DNA of 51,307 bases, taken from contig CAZAZV010000003.1 in the NCBI GenBank assembly GCA_964489845.1, positions 1 through 51,307 of the forward strand, given 5' to 3'. The stretch comes from an uncultured Candidatus Saccharibacteria bacterium (GTDB lineage Bacteria; Patescibacteriota; Minisyncoccia; UBA6257; GWB1-50-10). Positions 8,947 to 18,545 of the stretch are shown one piece after another (position 1 is the stretch's first letter; the number at the start of each line of letters is the position of its first letter). The notes beneath the pieces are model-generated. The model searched no databases and had not been told where the DNA came from. It saw nothing but the letters and a program-made list of their open reading frames with translations. Made by a program: the position numbers and the translations under genes.

Positions 8947-8961
8947 CGTGAAGAGAGGAAT

Positions 8962-9333
8962 TTATCCTTTCCGGTGGTGGTAGACGATCGCCCCGGAAGG
9001 ATTGACGGTGAAGAGGAGATTGTAACCGCCGAGCGGGCGTTTCACCTTCACCGCGACCGGCTTCCCCAAAACTCCCGCGAGTTCACCGAAGGGGACCGGC
9101 CCGAACGGCGCCTGCCTCGCTTCGTAGAAGAACGAGTCGAGCGCTCCCGGCTCGATGCCGACGATGGGCAGGAGCCGCTTGACGGGGAGCGGCCAGTCGA
9201 TGCCGGCGATCCCGATCGAGGCGATGTTTTCGGTCAAAAGATGTTTCGTCTCGAAATCCACCGCGCCGGCTTTCTCGAACGCTCTCCTTACGACCGTTTC
9301 CGGAATCCTCTCCGGCGAAATGTATTTCCCCAT
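8962..9333 (-). CDS. Hypothetical protein (123 aa)
   Basis: Start chosen at MGKYISPE, preceded by a GGGGGA RBS. I recognised no family. Confidence 0.55.
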   Translation of the reverse strand: MGKYISPERIPETVVRRAFEKAGAVDFETKHLLTENIASIGIAGIDWPLPVKRLLPIVGIEPGALDSFFYEARQAPFGPVPFGELAGVLGKPVAVKVKRPLGGYNLLFTVNPSGAIVYHHRKG

Positions 9334-9387
9334 ATTTCCCCCTACCAAAGAGCTATTCTTTCTCTCGAGCAACGCTCGAGTGTTTAT

Positions 9388-9416
9388 GTTGTAGCGTATA
9401 TTTCTGTTCCTGTCAA
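9388..9416 (-). promoter_or_regulatory. Putative sigma70-type promoter
   Basis: On the minus strand: TTGACA, a 17-nt spacer, then TACAAC. A perfect 7-bp inverted repeat CTCGAGC-aac-GCTCGAG (9364-9380) follows in the leader. Confidence 0.4.
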
Positions 9417-9478
9417 TTGGCGGCGGTGGCTCCGCTCCCGTACTTGGCGGATTTGTCTTTCCGCTTTACACTTGAAAT

Positions 9479-11119
9479 ATGCGTATTTTAACCGGCGAGA
9501 CGTGGAGGGAGGGATTCCTGGATTATCACAAAACCCGCACGGAATACCGAGTCCGGGTTCTCGCGTGGAAGAATTTGGAAAAGCTCGAAAATGTCTATCA
9601 CACGCGGGCGAAGAGCATCCGTTTGCTTCTCAACTACTTCCCCGTCGTGGGTCCCGAGGGCATACGGACGAAAGTGTGGTCGCGCTTGCGCGAAGAGAAC
9701 CGCAACAAGAAATTCGTCTCGTGCGGCATCGGCACGGTCGTGGATGCGGCCGAGGGTGGTTCGTTCAAAAAAGATGATGTCGTCGGTTTCGTCGCACCGC
9801 TCCATCCGGCTGTCGTCGAGCGCATCACGTTGCCGGAGGAACTTGTTTTCAAACTCGATACCGCTCCGCAGCTTCCTGCCGATACACTCGCATATATTCC
9901 TCTTCGGAGCATATCGGATAAATGGTGGAAGGGAATTCGCGGATGGAGTATCTACTCCGGTACGGCAATATCGCCCGAGACACGCCGTGAACTGGAGACG
10001 GGACTTTTGCAAGCATTGAAAGCCACCGACTGGGAAGGCGGTGATGCGCTACCGCTCGTTGGTATGAAGCCAGTATCAGAGATAATTTCGACGTACGGGA
10101 GGTATGGAAGTTCAACTTCCATACCAACTTTAGGTCCGCACAAGAAACGCGGCGTTGTTTTCGGTTTCGGGAACTACGCGAAAATCAATGTCATCCCCTA
10201 CTGCCGCCCTTTCATCGACATCACGACGATTCACGAAATCGACCCGACGCAGGTCTACCCCGAGCGGCGCATCAAGCGCTGGGACTCGATGCCGTTCCCC
10301 CGTCCCGACGAGCGGTACGACGTCTACTTCGTCGCGAGTTACAATCACACGCATGTGCCGATTACGCTCCACGCGCTGCGGCAGGGTGCGTATGCCCTTG
10401 TCGAGAAACCGGTCGTGAACGATGACGACGAACTTGCCGAGCTCGAGGCGGCGTTGCAGCAAGCGGGACGGAAAGTGTTCATTGGTTTCCACAAGCGCTA
10501 CGGCACGTTCAACAAGCTCGCGCTCAAGGACCTCGGCGTCGCGCATGGAGAACCGATTTCGTACCATTCCATTGTCTACGAACTCGAGCAGCCCGAATTT
10601 TTCTGGTACAACTGGCCGGTCTCGCGGAGCACGTTTTTCGCGAACGGGTGCCATCAGGTTGACCACTTCCTGCACCTCAACAATTTCAGCAAACCGAAGG
10701 ATTTCGATATCAAGCTTCTGCAGGACCGCGCGGTCCTTGTGTGGATAGAACTCGAGAACGGCGCGACATTCACCACCGTTTTCAGCGAGAAGGGTTCGCT
10801 GCGCGTCGGGCCGCGCGACCACGTGGAGCTGAAAGTCCCCGGGCGCGACGTGCGCATCGTGGACAATATCAGGTATATGTCGGAGGACAACTCACGCATC
10901 ATCCGGAAACTGCGCGTTTACAAAACGCACAGCTACAAGACGATGTACCAGGAAATCGGGAGGAAGATCGCGAACAATGAAGATGGCGACTCGCTCGAAT
11001 CGATTCTCGTCTCGACGAAACTGATGCTCGACCTCGAGAAGAAACTTACCGAGCTCAAGGGCTGGCGCAACCGGTACGAGGACGGGAAAAAGAACTTCTG
11101 GAATTATTTCAGTAAATAG
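9479..11119 (+). CDS. Gfo/Idh/MocA-like oxidoreductase with an uncharacterised N-terminal extension of about 225 aa
   Basis: The C-terminal half shows a Rossmann-like VVFGFGNYAK, the EKP motif (YALVEKPV) and GFHKRY. I did not recognise the N-terminal part. Confidence 0.6.
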   Translation: MRILTGETWREGFLDYHKTRTEYRVRVLAWKNLEKLENVYHTRAKSIRLLLNYFPVVGPEGIRTKVWSRLREENRNKKFVSCGIGTVVDAAEGGSFKKDDVVGFVAPLHPAVVERITLPEELVFKLDTAPQLPADTLAYIPLRSISDKWWKGIRGWSIYSGTAISPETRRELETGLLQALKATDWEGGDALPLVGMKPVSEIISTYGRYGSSTSIPTLGPHKKRGVVFGFGNYAKINVIPYCRPFIDITTIHEIDPTQVYPERRIKRWDSMPFPRPDERYDVYFVASYNHTHVPITLHALRQGAYALVEKPVVNDDDELAELEAALQQAGRKVFIGFHKRYGTFNKLALKDLGVAHGEPISYHSIVYELEQPEFFWYNWPVSRSTFFANGCHQVDHFLHLNNFSKPKDFDIKLLQDRAVLVWIELENGATFTTVFSEKGSLRVGPRDHVELKVPGRDVRIVDNIRYMSEDNSRIIRKLRVYKTHSYKTMYQEIGRKIANNEDGDSLESILVSTKLMLDLEKKLTELKGWRNRYEDGKKNFWNYFSK

Positions 11120-12252
11120 CCGCGGAGTGCCGCGACGATTTTCTCCGCCGCATGGCCGTCGCCGAATGCGGTGTGTTTCCGCGCCATATTCCGGTATGTC
11201 CCCTCGTTCCCGAGAAGCTCTTCAACTTCGCGTACGATGGTCTCTGCGTTCGTGCCGACAAGCTTGATGTTCCCCGCCTCCACCCCCTCCGGGCGTTCGG
11301 TCACGTCCCGGAGCACAAGGCAGGGCGTGCCGAAAAACGAGATTTCCTCCTGTATGCCGCCCGAATCGGTAAGCACGAGATGCGCGTCTCTCATGAGCCC
11401 TACAAATTCCTCGTACGGCACGGGCGGAATAAGATGGATGTTCCGCTTGCCGTTCAATTTCTCGAACACAACCTCGCGCACGTTCGGATTGTGATGCACC
11501 GGATACACGAAGTGGATGTCCGGGTGTCTCTCCGCCAGTTCCAAAATCGCATCGCAGATGCGCGAGAGTCCTCCCTCGAAACTTTCTCTCCGGTGCGCTG
11601 TCACGAGGATGAATTTGTCCCCGAACTCCCGTGATGGTTTCCTCGTTTCTTCCTGCCCTTCGAGCATGAGCCGAAGCGTATCAAGTGCGGTGTTTCCTAC
11701 TACAACAATTCTGTCCTCCGTTATGCCCTCGCGGAGCAGATTTTCTTTCGCGCGCGCAGTCGGTGCGAAATGATAATCCGCGATGCGGCCGATGAGTTGC
11801 CGATTCATTTCTTCCGGGAAAGGGGCGTATTTGTCGTATGTCCGAAGCCCCGCCTCGACGTGCCCCACGGGGATGCGCCGATTATATGCCATAAATGCGG
11901 CAAGGAACGCCGCGGACGTATCGCCTTGCACAAGGAGCACCGCCGGCTTCTCGCTCCCCAAAAGCCGGTAAAATTTCAATAAGCCGATTCCCGATTTCAA
12001 TATTCCCGCTCCTTTCAAAAACGGATTCTTCGAAAACGCGCCCCGGTCGCTCAACTCGACGCCGAGCACCTTGTCCGGCTTCACACCGAAGAACGACAAA
12101 ATTTGCGGCACTTCTTTGTGCTGGCGCAGGACCACGACGAAAGGCTCGAGCGATGCGTCGTTCCGCAACGCCATAATGAGCGGCGCCATCTTCGTCGCCT
12201 CCGGCCTCGTCCCGAACACAAGCATTATTTTTTTCTTCCCGTCGGGATTCAT
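11104..12252 (-). CDS. wecB: UDP-N-acetylglucosamine 2-epimerase (non-hydrolysing)
   Basis: Contains IMLVFGTRPEATKMAPL, VQGDTSAAF and HVEAGLRT. Start taken at MNPDGKKK, an ATGA overlap with the upstream GT4 gene. Confidence 0.9.
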   Translation of the reverse strand: MNPDGKKKIMLVFGTRPEATKMAPLIMALRNDASLEPFVVVLRQHKEVPQILSFFGVKPDKVLGVELSDRGAFSKNPFLKGAGILKSGIGLLKFYRLLGSEKPAVLLVQGDTSAAFLAAFMAYNRRIPVGHVEAGLRTYDKYAPFPEEMNRQLIGRIADYHFAPTARAKENLLREGITEDRIVVVGNTALDTLRLMLEGQEETRKPSREFGDKFILVTAHRRESFEGGLSRICDAILELAERHPDIHFVYPVHHNPNVREVVFEKLNGKRNIHLIPPVPYEEFVGLMRDAHLVLTDSGGIQEEISFFGTPCLVLRDVTERPEGVEAGNIKLVGTNAETIVREVEELLGNEGTYRNMARKHTAFGDGHAAEKIVAALRGYLLK

Positions 12253-13469
12253 GTTTTCTTTTTGATGATTTCCTCGAATTTTCCTATAGCAACGTCTTTC
12301 GAGAAGTGCTCCGTGGCATACCGCGCAGCGTTCGCACCGTACGCTCCCCACTCGTTGCGCGAGCGGTACAGGTTCTCAAGTGCTTGCGTCACTGCTTTTT
12401 CGTTATTAGATAGCGCCGTCACGCCGCACCGCGCTGCTTCCACCATTTTCCCCGCCGCGCTTTTCTCGTGGACAAATGCCGCGATCGGCATCCCCGCCGC
12501 CATATAGCCCGTGAGCTTCGCGGGGACGGCCGGCGTTGTATTGTCCGACGTGAGCGTCAGGACACACGCGTCGCAGTCCTTCACGAGTGCCGGATACTCT
12601 TCGCTCGATACAAACGGTTCAAACGATACATTGTCCAATTTATACGTTTTTGTCAAATCCTGCAAGTGCTCTTTTGCCGTCCCTTCTCCGACAAAAAGAA
12701 AATGCAATTCCCGATATTTTCGCAGCTCCCGCGCCGCTTCTACGAGCATTTCCAAGCCCTGCGACGGCCCCAGGACGCCCGCGAAGAGGAAGATGAGCTT
12801 GTCTTCAAGTCCGTACTTTTTCCGGTACGTTCCGGTGCGCTGCGCCGCCATAAAGGGGGTGAGGTCGAGCCAGTGTTCCACGACTTTGGTTTTGCCTTGT
12901 GGGACGTTCCGCTCGTCTTCAAGAAATGTCTTGTGCTCTTCCGACGGCACGACGAGCACATCCGCGCTCCGGTATGCTCTGCGTTCCATCCACTCGAAAT
13001 ATTTCGTGAGGAGCGGATTGCGGAGCGCGCCCAAGTCAACCGCGTTTTGCGGGAAGATGTCATGGACGTTCAGGATATTCAGCGCTCCATACGCCCGCTT
13101 GATTTTCTTCCCCACCGCATAGAGCGGAAGCGGCGGCGTGTGGGTAATCACGATGTCGATCGGTTCCTGGATATACTTCGCGATGCCGTAGAGGAAAATA
13201 TGCGGCAGTGCGAGCTGGGCGATGCCGCGGATGATAAAATTCACCTTATGGTGCGGCAGAACGTTCATTCGTATTACCCGAACGCCGTTTTCTTCGTTCG
13301 TCCTCGGCGGCATCGCCGTTCCTGCTGCCAGATTGTATTTCGGGTACGACGTGATGACCCATACTTTGTGGCCGAGTCCCGCAAGGCCTTCCGCCAAATC
13401 CTTCATAAGCTGCGCCGCGGAGCGCACCTCCGGCGGATACGAATCGGTAATGACGAGGATGCGCTTCAT
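12249..13469 (-). CDS. Glycosyltransferase family 4
   Basis: 406 aa with MKRILVITDSYPPEVRSAAQ and a GT-B C-terminal domain. Confidence 0.88.
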   Translation of the reverse strand: MKRILVITDSYPPEVRSAAQLMKDLAEGLAGLGHKVWVITSYPKYNLAAGTAMPPRTNEENGVRVIRMNVLPHHKVNFIIRGIAQLALPHIFLYGIAKYIQEPIDIVITHTPPLPLYAVGKKIKRAYGALNILNVHDIFPQNAVDLGALRNPLLTKYFEWMERRAYRSADVLVVPSEEHKTFLEDERNVPQGKTKVVEHWLDLTPFMAAQRTGTYRKKYGLEDKLIFLFAGVLGPSQGLEMLVEAARELRKYRELHFLFVGEGTAKEHLQDLTKTYKLDNVSFEPFVSSEEYPALVKDCDACVLTLTSDNTTPAVPAKLTGYMAAGMPIAAFVHEKSAAGKMVEAARCGVTALSNNEKAVTQALENLYRSRNEWGAYGANAARYATEHFSKDVAIGKFEEIIKKKT

Positions 13470-13771
13470 AAGAGCTTCGTTGGTAAAAACTCCTTAATAT
13501 CATCTGGTCTTAGGAGCATTGTGTTGTCCGATTCTTTCGTAAGTCCGAAAGACTGATTATCTGAACCCCCAACATAGATTATTTTCTTATTGAAAGAGTG
13601 GACCTCTTCAACGGCGGGCAGGAGGTCTGTGTCAGAACTTAGGAGGTATCCCGTGTCATACTCATTCTCCCTTGCCAGCCGTATCATTTCTACAGCAATT
13701 CTCACATCCACGCCTTTTTCGTGATACGTACTGATGAAAACGAACGCTCTTTTACTGTTATGCTCTATCAT
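13466..13771 (-). CDS. NYN/LabA-like domain fragment (C-terminal half only, 101 aa)
   Basis: Contains EKGVDVRIAVEMIRLA and YLLSSDTDLLPAVEEV, but the N-terminal Asp-containing strand of NYN domains is absent. The gene is AT-rich and its stop forms an ATGA overlap with the GT4 start. Confidence 0.55.
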   Translation of the reverse strand: MIEHNSKRAFVFISTYHEKGVDVRIAVEMIRLARENEYDTGYLLSSDTDLLPAVEEVHSFNKKIIYVGGSDNQSFGLTKESDNTMLLRPDDIKEFLPTKLL

Positions 13772-13879
13772 GAACTAAAACTGCCGTCCCGGGCAGAGCC
13801 CGAGAAGGCAGTGGGATTAATGCTCCCATTATACCGTACACTGTCAATGGTTTCAACATGCCTGTGGATAACCATTTTA

Positions 13880-14683
13880 TTACCGATTCTTGCGGTTTTT
13901 TCTTCTTTCGTACAACTCCGCGTCAATGAGAAAGCGGTACCAGAATCCTTGCAGGAAATGGAATATCAATCCCGCTTTCCCGTCGAGAAACCCGAGGCGG
14001 ACGAAATAGCGATATTTCCAGTACAAGACGGCACGGCAAAAGGGCGGGAGATGTTTGTAAAAGCCGCGTTTCAGCGTGCGCGAACCACGTTCGCGAAGCA
14101 GCGCTCCCGCTTCCCGCCTGGCGTACTTCGTATGCTTTTTCACCCATGCTTCAAGTCCGTTACGGTTCTCGTCAACGAAGTCGTGCTTGAGTTCAAGTGC
14201 TTTCCCCCCTTTGAGCTCAAGATGCTCGTCCATCTCGCGCGGCTCGTACTCCGCCATGCCGGTTTTGAACAGACGAAGTAAGCGTGTCGGATAGTAGCCG
14301 CCATGCCGTATCCACTTTCCCATAAATACCATCCGCCGCTTCATAACGTATCCGTTTACGTCTTCCGGCGTTCGCTCGAGTTTTTCCTCAAGTTCTTCCC
14401 AGAGTTCCGGCGTTACCCACTCGTCCGCATCGAGGCGCAAAATCCACGGTTGCGAAACCTTCGCATGCTCGAGCGCCCAATTGAAACTCTCCGCCTGATT
14501 TACGAATGGACGTACGAGCACCTCCGCCCCGAACTGTTTCGCGATTTCAACCGTCTTGTCCGCGCTTCCGGAATCAACAACGACGATTTCCGACACGTGG
14601 GGCGCGGCATTTTCAAGGCAGTACGGCAAGTTTTTCTCCTCGTCCTGCGTGAGAATGATAAGTGTGATGGGAAGTTTCCTCAT
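13880..14683 (-). CDS. Glycosyltransferase family 2
   Basis: ITLIILTQDEEKNL, VVVDSGSADKT and a DADE motif (LRLDADEW); 267 aa. Confidence 0.9.
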   Translation of the reverse strand: MRKLPITLIILTQDEEKNLPYCLENAAPHVSEIVVVDSGSADKTVEIAKQFGAEVLVRPFVNQAESFNWALEHAKVSQPWILRLDADEWVTPELWEELEEKLERTPEDVNGYVMKRRMVFMGKWIRHGGYYPTRLLRLFKTGMAEYEPREMDEHLELKGGKALELKHDFVDENRNGLEAWVKKHTKYARREAGALLRERGSRTLKRGFYKHLPPFCRAVLYWKYRYFVRLGFLDGKAGLIFHFLQGFWYRFLIDAELYERRKNRKNR

Positions 14684-15846
14684 ACCAGCTCACTATATGC
14701 CTTGCTCCACTCTCCCGCAATGCGTTCCATGACAAACCGTTCTTCGACAAGTCGCCGTCCGTTTGTGCCGTAGTACGCGCGGCGTGCATCGTCTTGCAGC
14801 AACGCAACAAGCGCTGCGGAGAATTTCTCAATATTCTTTTCCACCACCAACCCCGCTTCCGCTTCTTTCACGTACGGTGCGACGCCGACCTCGGGCGTAA
14901 TCACGACCGGGAGGTGCATATAGAGCGATTCGACGACCGCCATGCCGAAATTCTCGGAATACGACGGGAGCGCGAACACGTCCGCATCGCGGAGCGCCGA
15001 GAGCTTATCGCCGCCTGTGAGAAGTCCGGTGAATATGACATGTTTCTCCATGTTCCAGTTTCTCATGAATTTCTCGACTTCTTTCCGATAGCCATCGTTG
15101 TCACTTCCGGCTATGACAAGTTTTGCCTCCGGCACGCGCCTCACTACTTCCGCGAGCGCGGGGATGAGCGTATCGAAGCCCTTCTTCCAGTCGATGCGCC
15201 CCAGGGCAAGCACCAGTTTCGTGTCCTTCCCGATGTTCCATTTCTCGCGGAACGAACCGCCCCATATTCCCTTGTCGTACTCACCCGTTTCTATCCCGTT
15301 TGGGATGATAAGCGCTTTCCGCAGCGGGAAACCAAGTTGCTTATATTCCGCTTCTTCCATGGGAACGGTGAAGTGTACGGCCGCGGCGTTTTTCAAGACG
15401 CGCCGCTCGATGAGCGCGATATACGCTCGCTTCAGGAGCGTGTGCCGCTTCATGGTTCCCACCATCAAGTTCCCCCGCGGCGAAATGACATACGGGATGT
15501 GGCGTTTGCGCGCGAAACGGCTTCCAAGCGCGGAGGCGGCGAGGAACGTCGAGGTGATGTGGACGAGATCGAAATCCCCCGTGTGCTCCTTGAGCGCCCG
15601 GTACATTTCCCATGAACACTGCCAGGGTTTGAACATCGTTTTGAAGTAGCGCACCTTCACGCCGTCGACAAGCACTTCCTCGTTCCGCAGCGTCTCCTCT
15701 GGTATATCCAGGTCGGTCGTGTAAACCGTCACGTCGACTCCCTGCTTCACGAGCCACTTGTTCAGGTTATGCACGCTCACAATCGGCCCCCCGCGCGCGA
15801 ACGCGGGGTAGTAGGTGGGAATAACGTGGAGCACTTTCATATTCAT
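14680..15846 (-). CDS. Glycosyltransferase family 4
   Basis: 388 aa with KVLHVIPTYYPAFARGGP and a C-terminal PSYSENFGMAVVESL (EX7E-like) motif. Confidence 0.9.
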   Translation of the reverse strand: MNMKVLHVIPTYYPAFARGGPIVSVHNLNKWLVKQGVDVTVYTTDLDIPEETLRNEEVLVDGVKVRYFKTMFKPWQCSWEMYRALKEHTGDFDLVHITSTFLAASALGSRFARKRHIPYVISPRGNLMVGTMKRHTLLKRAYIALIERRVLKNAAAVHFTVPMEEAEYKQLGFPLRKALIIPNGIETGEYDKGIWGGSFREKWNIGKDTKLVLALGRIDWKKGFDTLIPALAEVVRRVPEAKLVIAGSDNDGYRKEVEKFMRNWNMEKHVIFTGLLTGGDKLSALRDADVFALPSYSENFGMAVVESLYMHLPVVITPEVGVAPYVKEAEAGLVVEKNIEKFSAALVALLQDDARRAYYGTNGRRLVEERFVMERIAGEWSKAYSELV

Positions 15847-15847
15847 A

Positions 15848-17428
15848 TCAATTCTTGATAAATTTCGCTCTTACTTTCCTCACAAAATTGTTCACCGTAT
15901 TCCGCTCCGTTTCATTGAACCATGGGTAGTAGAGATAGAACCCTCCCACGGCGGTGACTGTCAAGCTCACTGCTATAACCTTGAGCCACGCATGATTAAA
16001 CAAGCTACTGACAAACCATCCTCCCATAAGTTGCAATGCGACCATCGGCAGAACACCGAGCATTGAGAATACAAACTTTCTCTTACCATCTTTCACGATC
16101 TGAAGGGCCTGATGCGGGATGTACCACACATCAATGGCCACTTCCCCAATGAGGAACCCCAACAGCACGCCAATGAGACCGAGTGGTTTGACGAGTATAA
16201 TCGCCAGTACAAGCCCGATACCGGTAGAGAGAATTCTCGAGAGGGCGAGTTTATTGTATTTGTTCGTCGCTTCTTGAAAATTCGCGTTGAAAAGCCAAAA
16301 TGCAAGAACGGGAACGAAAACGAGGAATAGGAGCCATAACCGTTCATCAAAAACGATTCTTCCGCCTGTCCATAATTGCATCAGGTCTTTCCCAATGAAA
16401 AGTAAAGCAGCCGATAAACTGATTGAGATATAGAGGACAACTTTCGAGAAAAGGTGGTGTATCAGCTGCAGTTTCTCATATTCCTCTCGCGCCTCACCGG
16501 CGGTGAGTTCTGGACTAATTGCGTTGTTTACGATACCAGTCAGCTTTTGGATAAGATTTGCCAGCGTTCGGTGCACACTGAATGTTACCACTGCAACAGA
16601 GCCGAGCGTGGCGCTTACCACGAGGATGCTTCCTTGCAGATATATCATATTAGCAAGCGGTATCATAAGGTATATGAGTCCCGGCACCACGAACGTTCTC
16701 CCCAATTTCCAATCAATCCGCGATGCCGAAAGGTCAATCTCCCGATGCTGTCTCAGGGCCGCAACCGTTAGTACGCCGGTAAACAAAAGGAGCAGGAAGA
16801 GATACACCGACGCCACGCTGACGAATCCCCCTTTCATCACCAGGACCAAGACAACGAATCCCACGAGTAGTAGTTCCCGTATATTCATCAGGAATTGTGT
16901 TTTGGGAAACTTGCCGGTCGTCGTATAGATGGCGATGGGGAAATTTGAAAGCGTACCGAGGATAATATATGTTCCCAGTATCAGCACAGAGAATTTCACC
17001 GACAGAGCACTCACTGTTGCGATGTGAAACCACTGCGAAAAGGGGGCTATGCACGCGAATATTATGAGGCAGACGAATAGTATCGCCGTAATAGCGGAGA
17101 ATATTCCAAAACCGCTCTTAAGTATTCTTGCATACTCTTTCGTATCTCCGTGCGAATATGCCTGAATCAGCTTGTTCGTCACATACCTTCCCATACCGAG
17201 GTCGGAAATGGAGAAATAACCAACAACGGAAAAAAGTGTGAGCCATTCGCCGTACATCGCCTTCCCCCATGCCCACAAAAAAAGCGGCACGAAAATTATC
17301 TGTTCCAGTGCGCCGATACCATATCCTACGAACGTCCAGAAGCTTCCCAGGGCGGTCCGCTTCGCAGCGCCGCCCACTGGGTATATGCTATTGGCTTCCG
17401 GTTCCTCCGAGAATCCGTTCATATGCAT
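15848..17428 (-). CDS. Second MOP-type polysaccharide flippase/biosynthesis membrane protein (526 aa)
   Basis: About 14 hydrophobic segments and low GC. The 5' end overlaps the upstream GT gene by 35-41 nt, so the start is uncertain. Confidence 0.8.
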   Translation of the reverse strand: MHMNGFSEEPEANSIYPVGGAAKRTALGSFWTFVGYGIGALEQIIFVPLFLWAWGKAMYGEWLTLFSVVGYFSISDLGMGRYVTNKLIQAYSHGDTKEYARILKSGFGIFSAITAILFVCLIIFACIAPFSQWFHIATVSALSVKFSVLILGTYIILGTLSNFPIAIYTTTGKFPKTQFLMNIRELLLVGFVVLVLVMKGGFVSVASVYLFLLLLFTGVLTVAALRQHREIDLSASRIDWKLGRTFVVPGLIYLMIPLANMIYLQGSILVVSATLGSVAVVTFSVHRTLANLIQKLTGIVNNAISPELTAGEAREEYEKLQLIHHLFSKVVLYISISLSAALLFIGKDLMQLWTGGRIVFDERLWLLFLVFVPVLAFWLFNANFQEATNKYNKLALSRILSTGIGLVLAIILVKPLGLIGVLLGFLIGEVAIDVWYIPHQALQIVKDGKRKFVFSMLGVLPMVALQLMGGWFVSSLFNHAWLKVIAVSLTVTAVGGFYLYYPWFNETERNTVNNFVRKVRAKFIKN

Positions 17429-18545
17429 GTATCACTTTATTCCCGTAATCGTCCCACGTAAATCCCGATGATACTCGCTCCTTCGCCGATTCGCCCATTT
17501 GCCTCAGCGTGTCGGGGTGTTCGTATAAATATGTCAATTTCTCTTTCAGTACATCAACTGCGCGAATCGGTATGACGAACCCGTCAATACCATCTCGCAC
17601 GATATCCCCCCCACCGGTATTTTCCGTGCAGATAACGGGCAAGCCGCATGCCATCGCCTGCGGTTGGACGAGGGCCAGGCCCTCCTCTACGGACATAATA
17701 ACGAATACGCTTCCCTGCGAGTAGTATTTGTACAATTCGCTCTGCGGCACATGCCCGACATACTTATAATGACCTTCGTATTGCTTAAAAAACGGCTTCA
17801 TTTCGTCTGTCATACCCCCAAGGAGCATGAGTTCCGAATTCGGCAAATTAAGTTCCGTAAATGCACGCAGGAGATAATGAACACCTTTCCTGATGCTCAT
17901 TCCTCCCGCGAACACGACTCTGAAAACGTCGTCTTCCTTCCCGACTTGGTGAAACGAAGACAAATCAACGCCGTAGGGGACTTGTATGATTTTCTCTTCG
18001 GGTACGTCTCGCTCAAGAAACGTCTGTTTCACGTACGAGGAGGGAATCGATATGTAATCGACTTCTTCGTATTCCTCGAGTTCCTTTTCGATAATTCTTC
18101 GGTCGGTTGGCTCGAATGGTATGCTAAATTTTTTATATTCCTCGTCCAAAATCTCGCTCTGGTACTCGATGTGCGAACTGCCGTGTTCCACGACGGTAAC
18201 AGCACCTTGCTGTTTCGCTTTCCGCAATGTGTGAAGAAAAACAGACGAGCCACCAATGACGATGTCTGCTGGTTTTAATTTTCTGCTTGCTCTCCTATCA
18301 AAAAGCTCGTGAATCGCATATTGGGGGTTATGCATATCACGCAGCCATTTCGGGAATTTCTGCCAGGCACGATACAGAATCTCCTTTGAGATAACAGAGT
18401 TTATTTTATCCTTCGGCATGTTGTATTTCACTACCTCAAATTTAGGATATGAGGTGATAAGCTGAGCAAGGTAATCTCGCTTCAACAATTCTTGAGCCAG
18501 GTTGAAAAGATGAAATCTGCCCGGCACCGAGATGGCGACTTTCAT
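17388..18545 (-). CDS. Glycosyltransferase (GT4-like)
   Basis: Start taken at MKVAISVPGRF. The C-terminal part reads EEGLALVQPQAMACGLPVICT. Confidence 0.8.
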   Translation of the reverse strand: MKVAISVPGRFHLFNLAQELLKRDYLAQLITSYPKFEVVKYNMPKDKINSVISKEILYRAWQKFPKWLRDMHNPQYAIHELFDRRASRKLKPADIVIGGSSVFLHTLRKAKQQGAVTVVEHGSSHIEYQSEILDEEYKKFSIPFEPTDRRIIEKELEEYEEVDYISIPSSYVKQTFLERDVPEEKIIQVPYGVDLSSFHQVGKEDDVFRVVFAGGMSIRKGVHYLLRAFTELNLPNSELMLLGGMTDEMKPFFKQYEGHYKYVGHVPQSELYKYYSQGSVFVIMSVEEGLALVQPQAMACGLPVICTENTGGGDIVRDGIDGFVIPIRAVDVLKEKLTYLYEHPDTLRQMGESAKERVSSGFTWDDYGNKVIHAYERILGGTGSQ

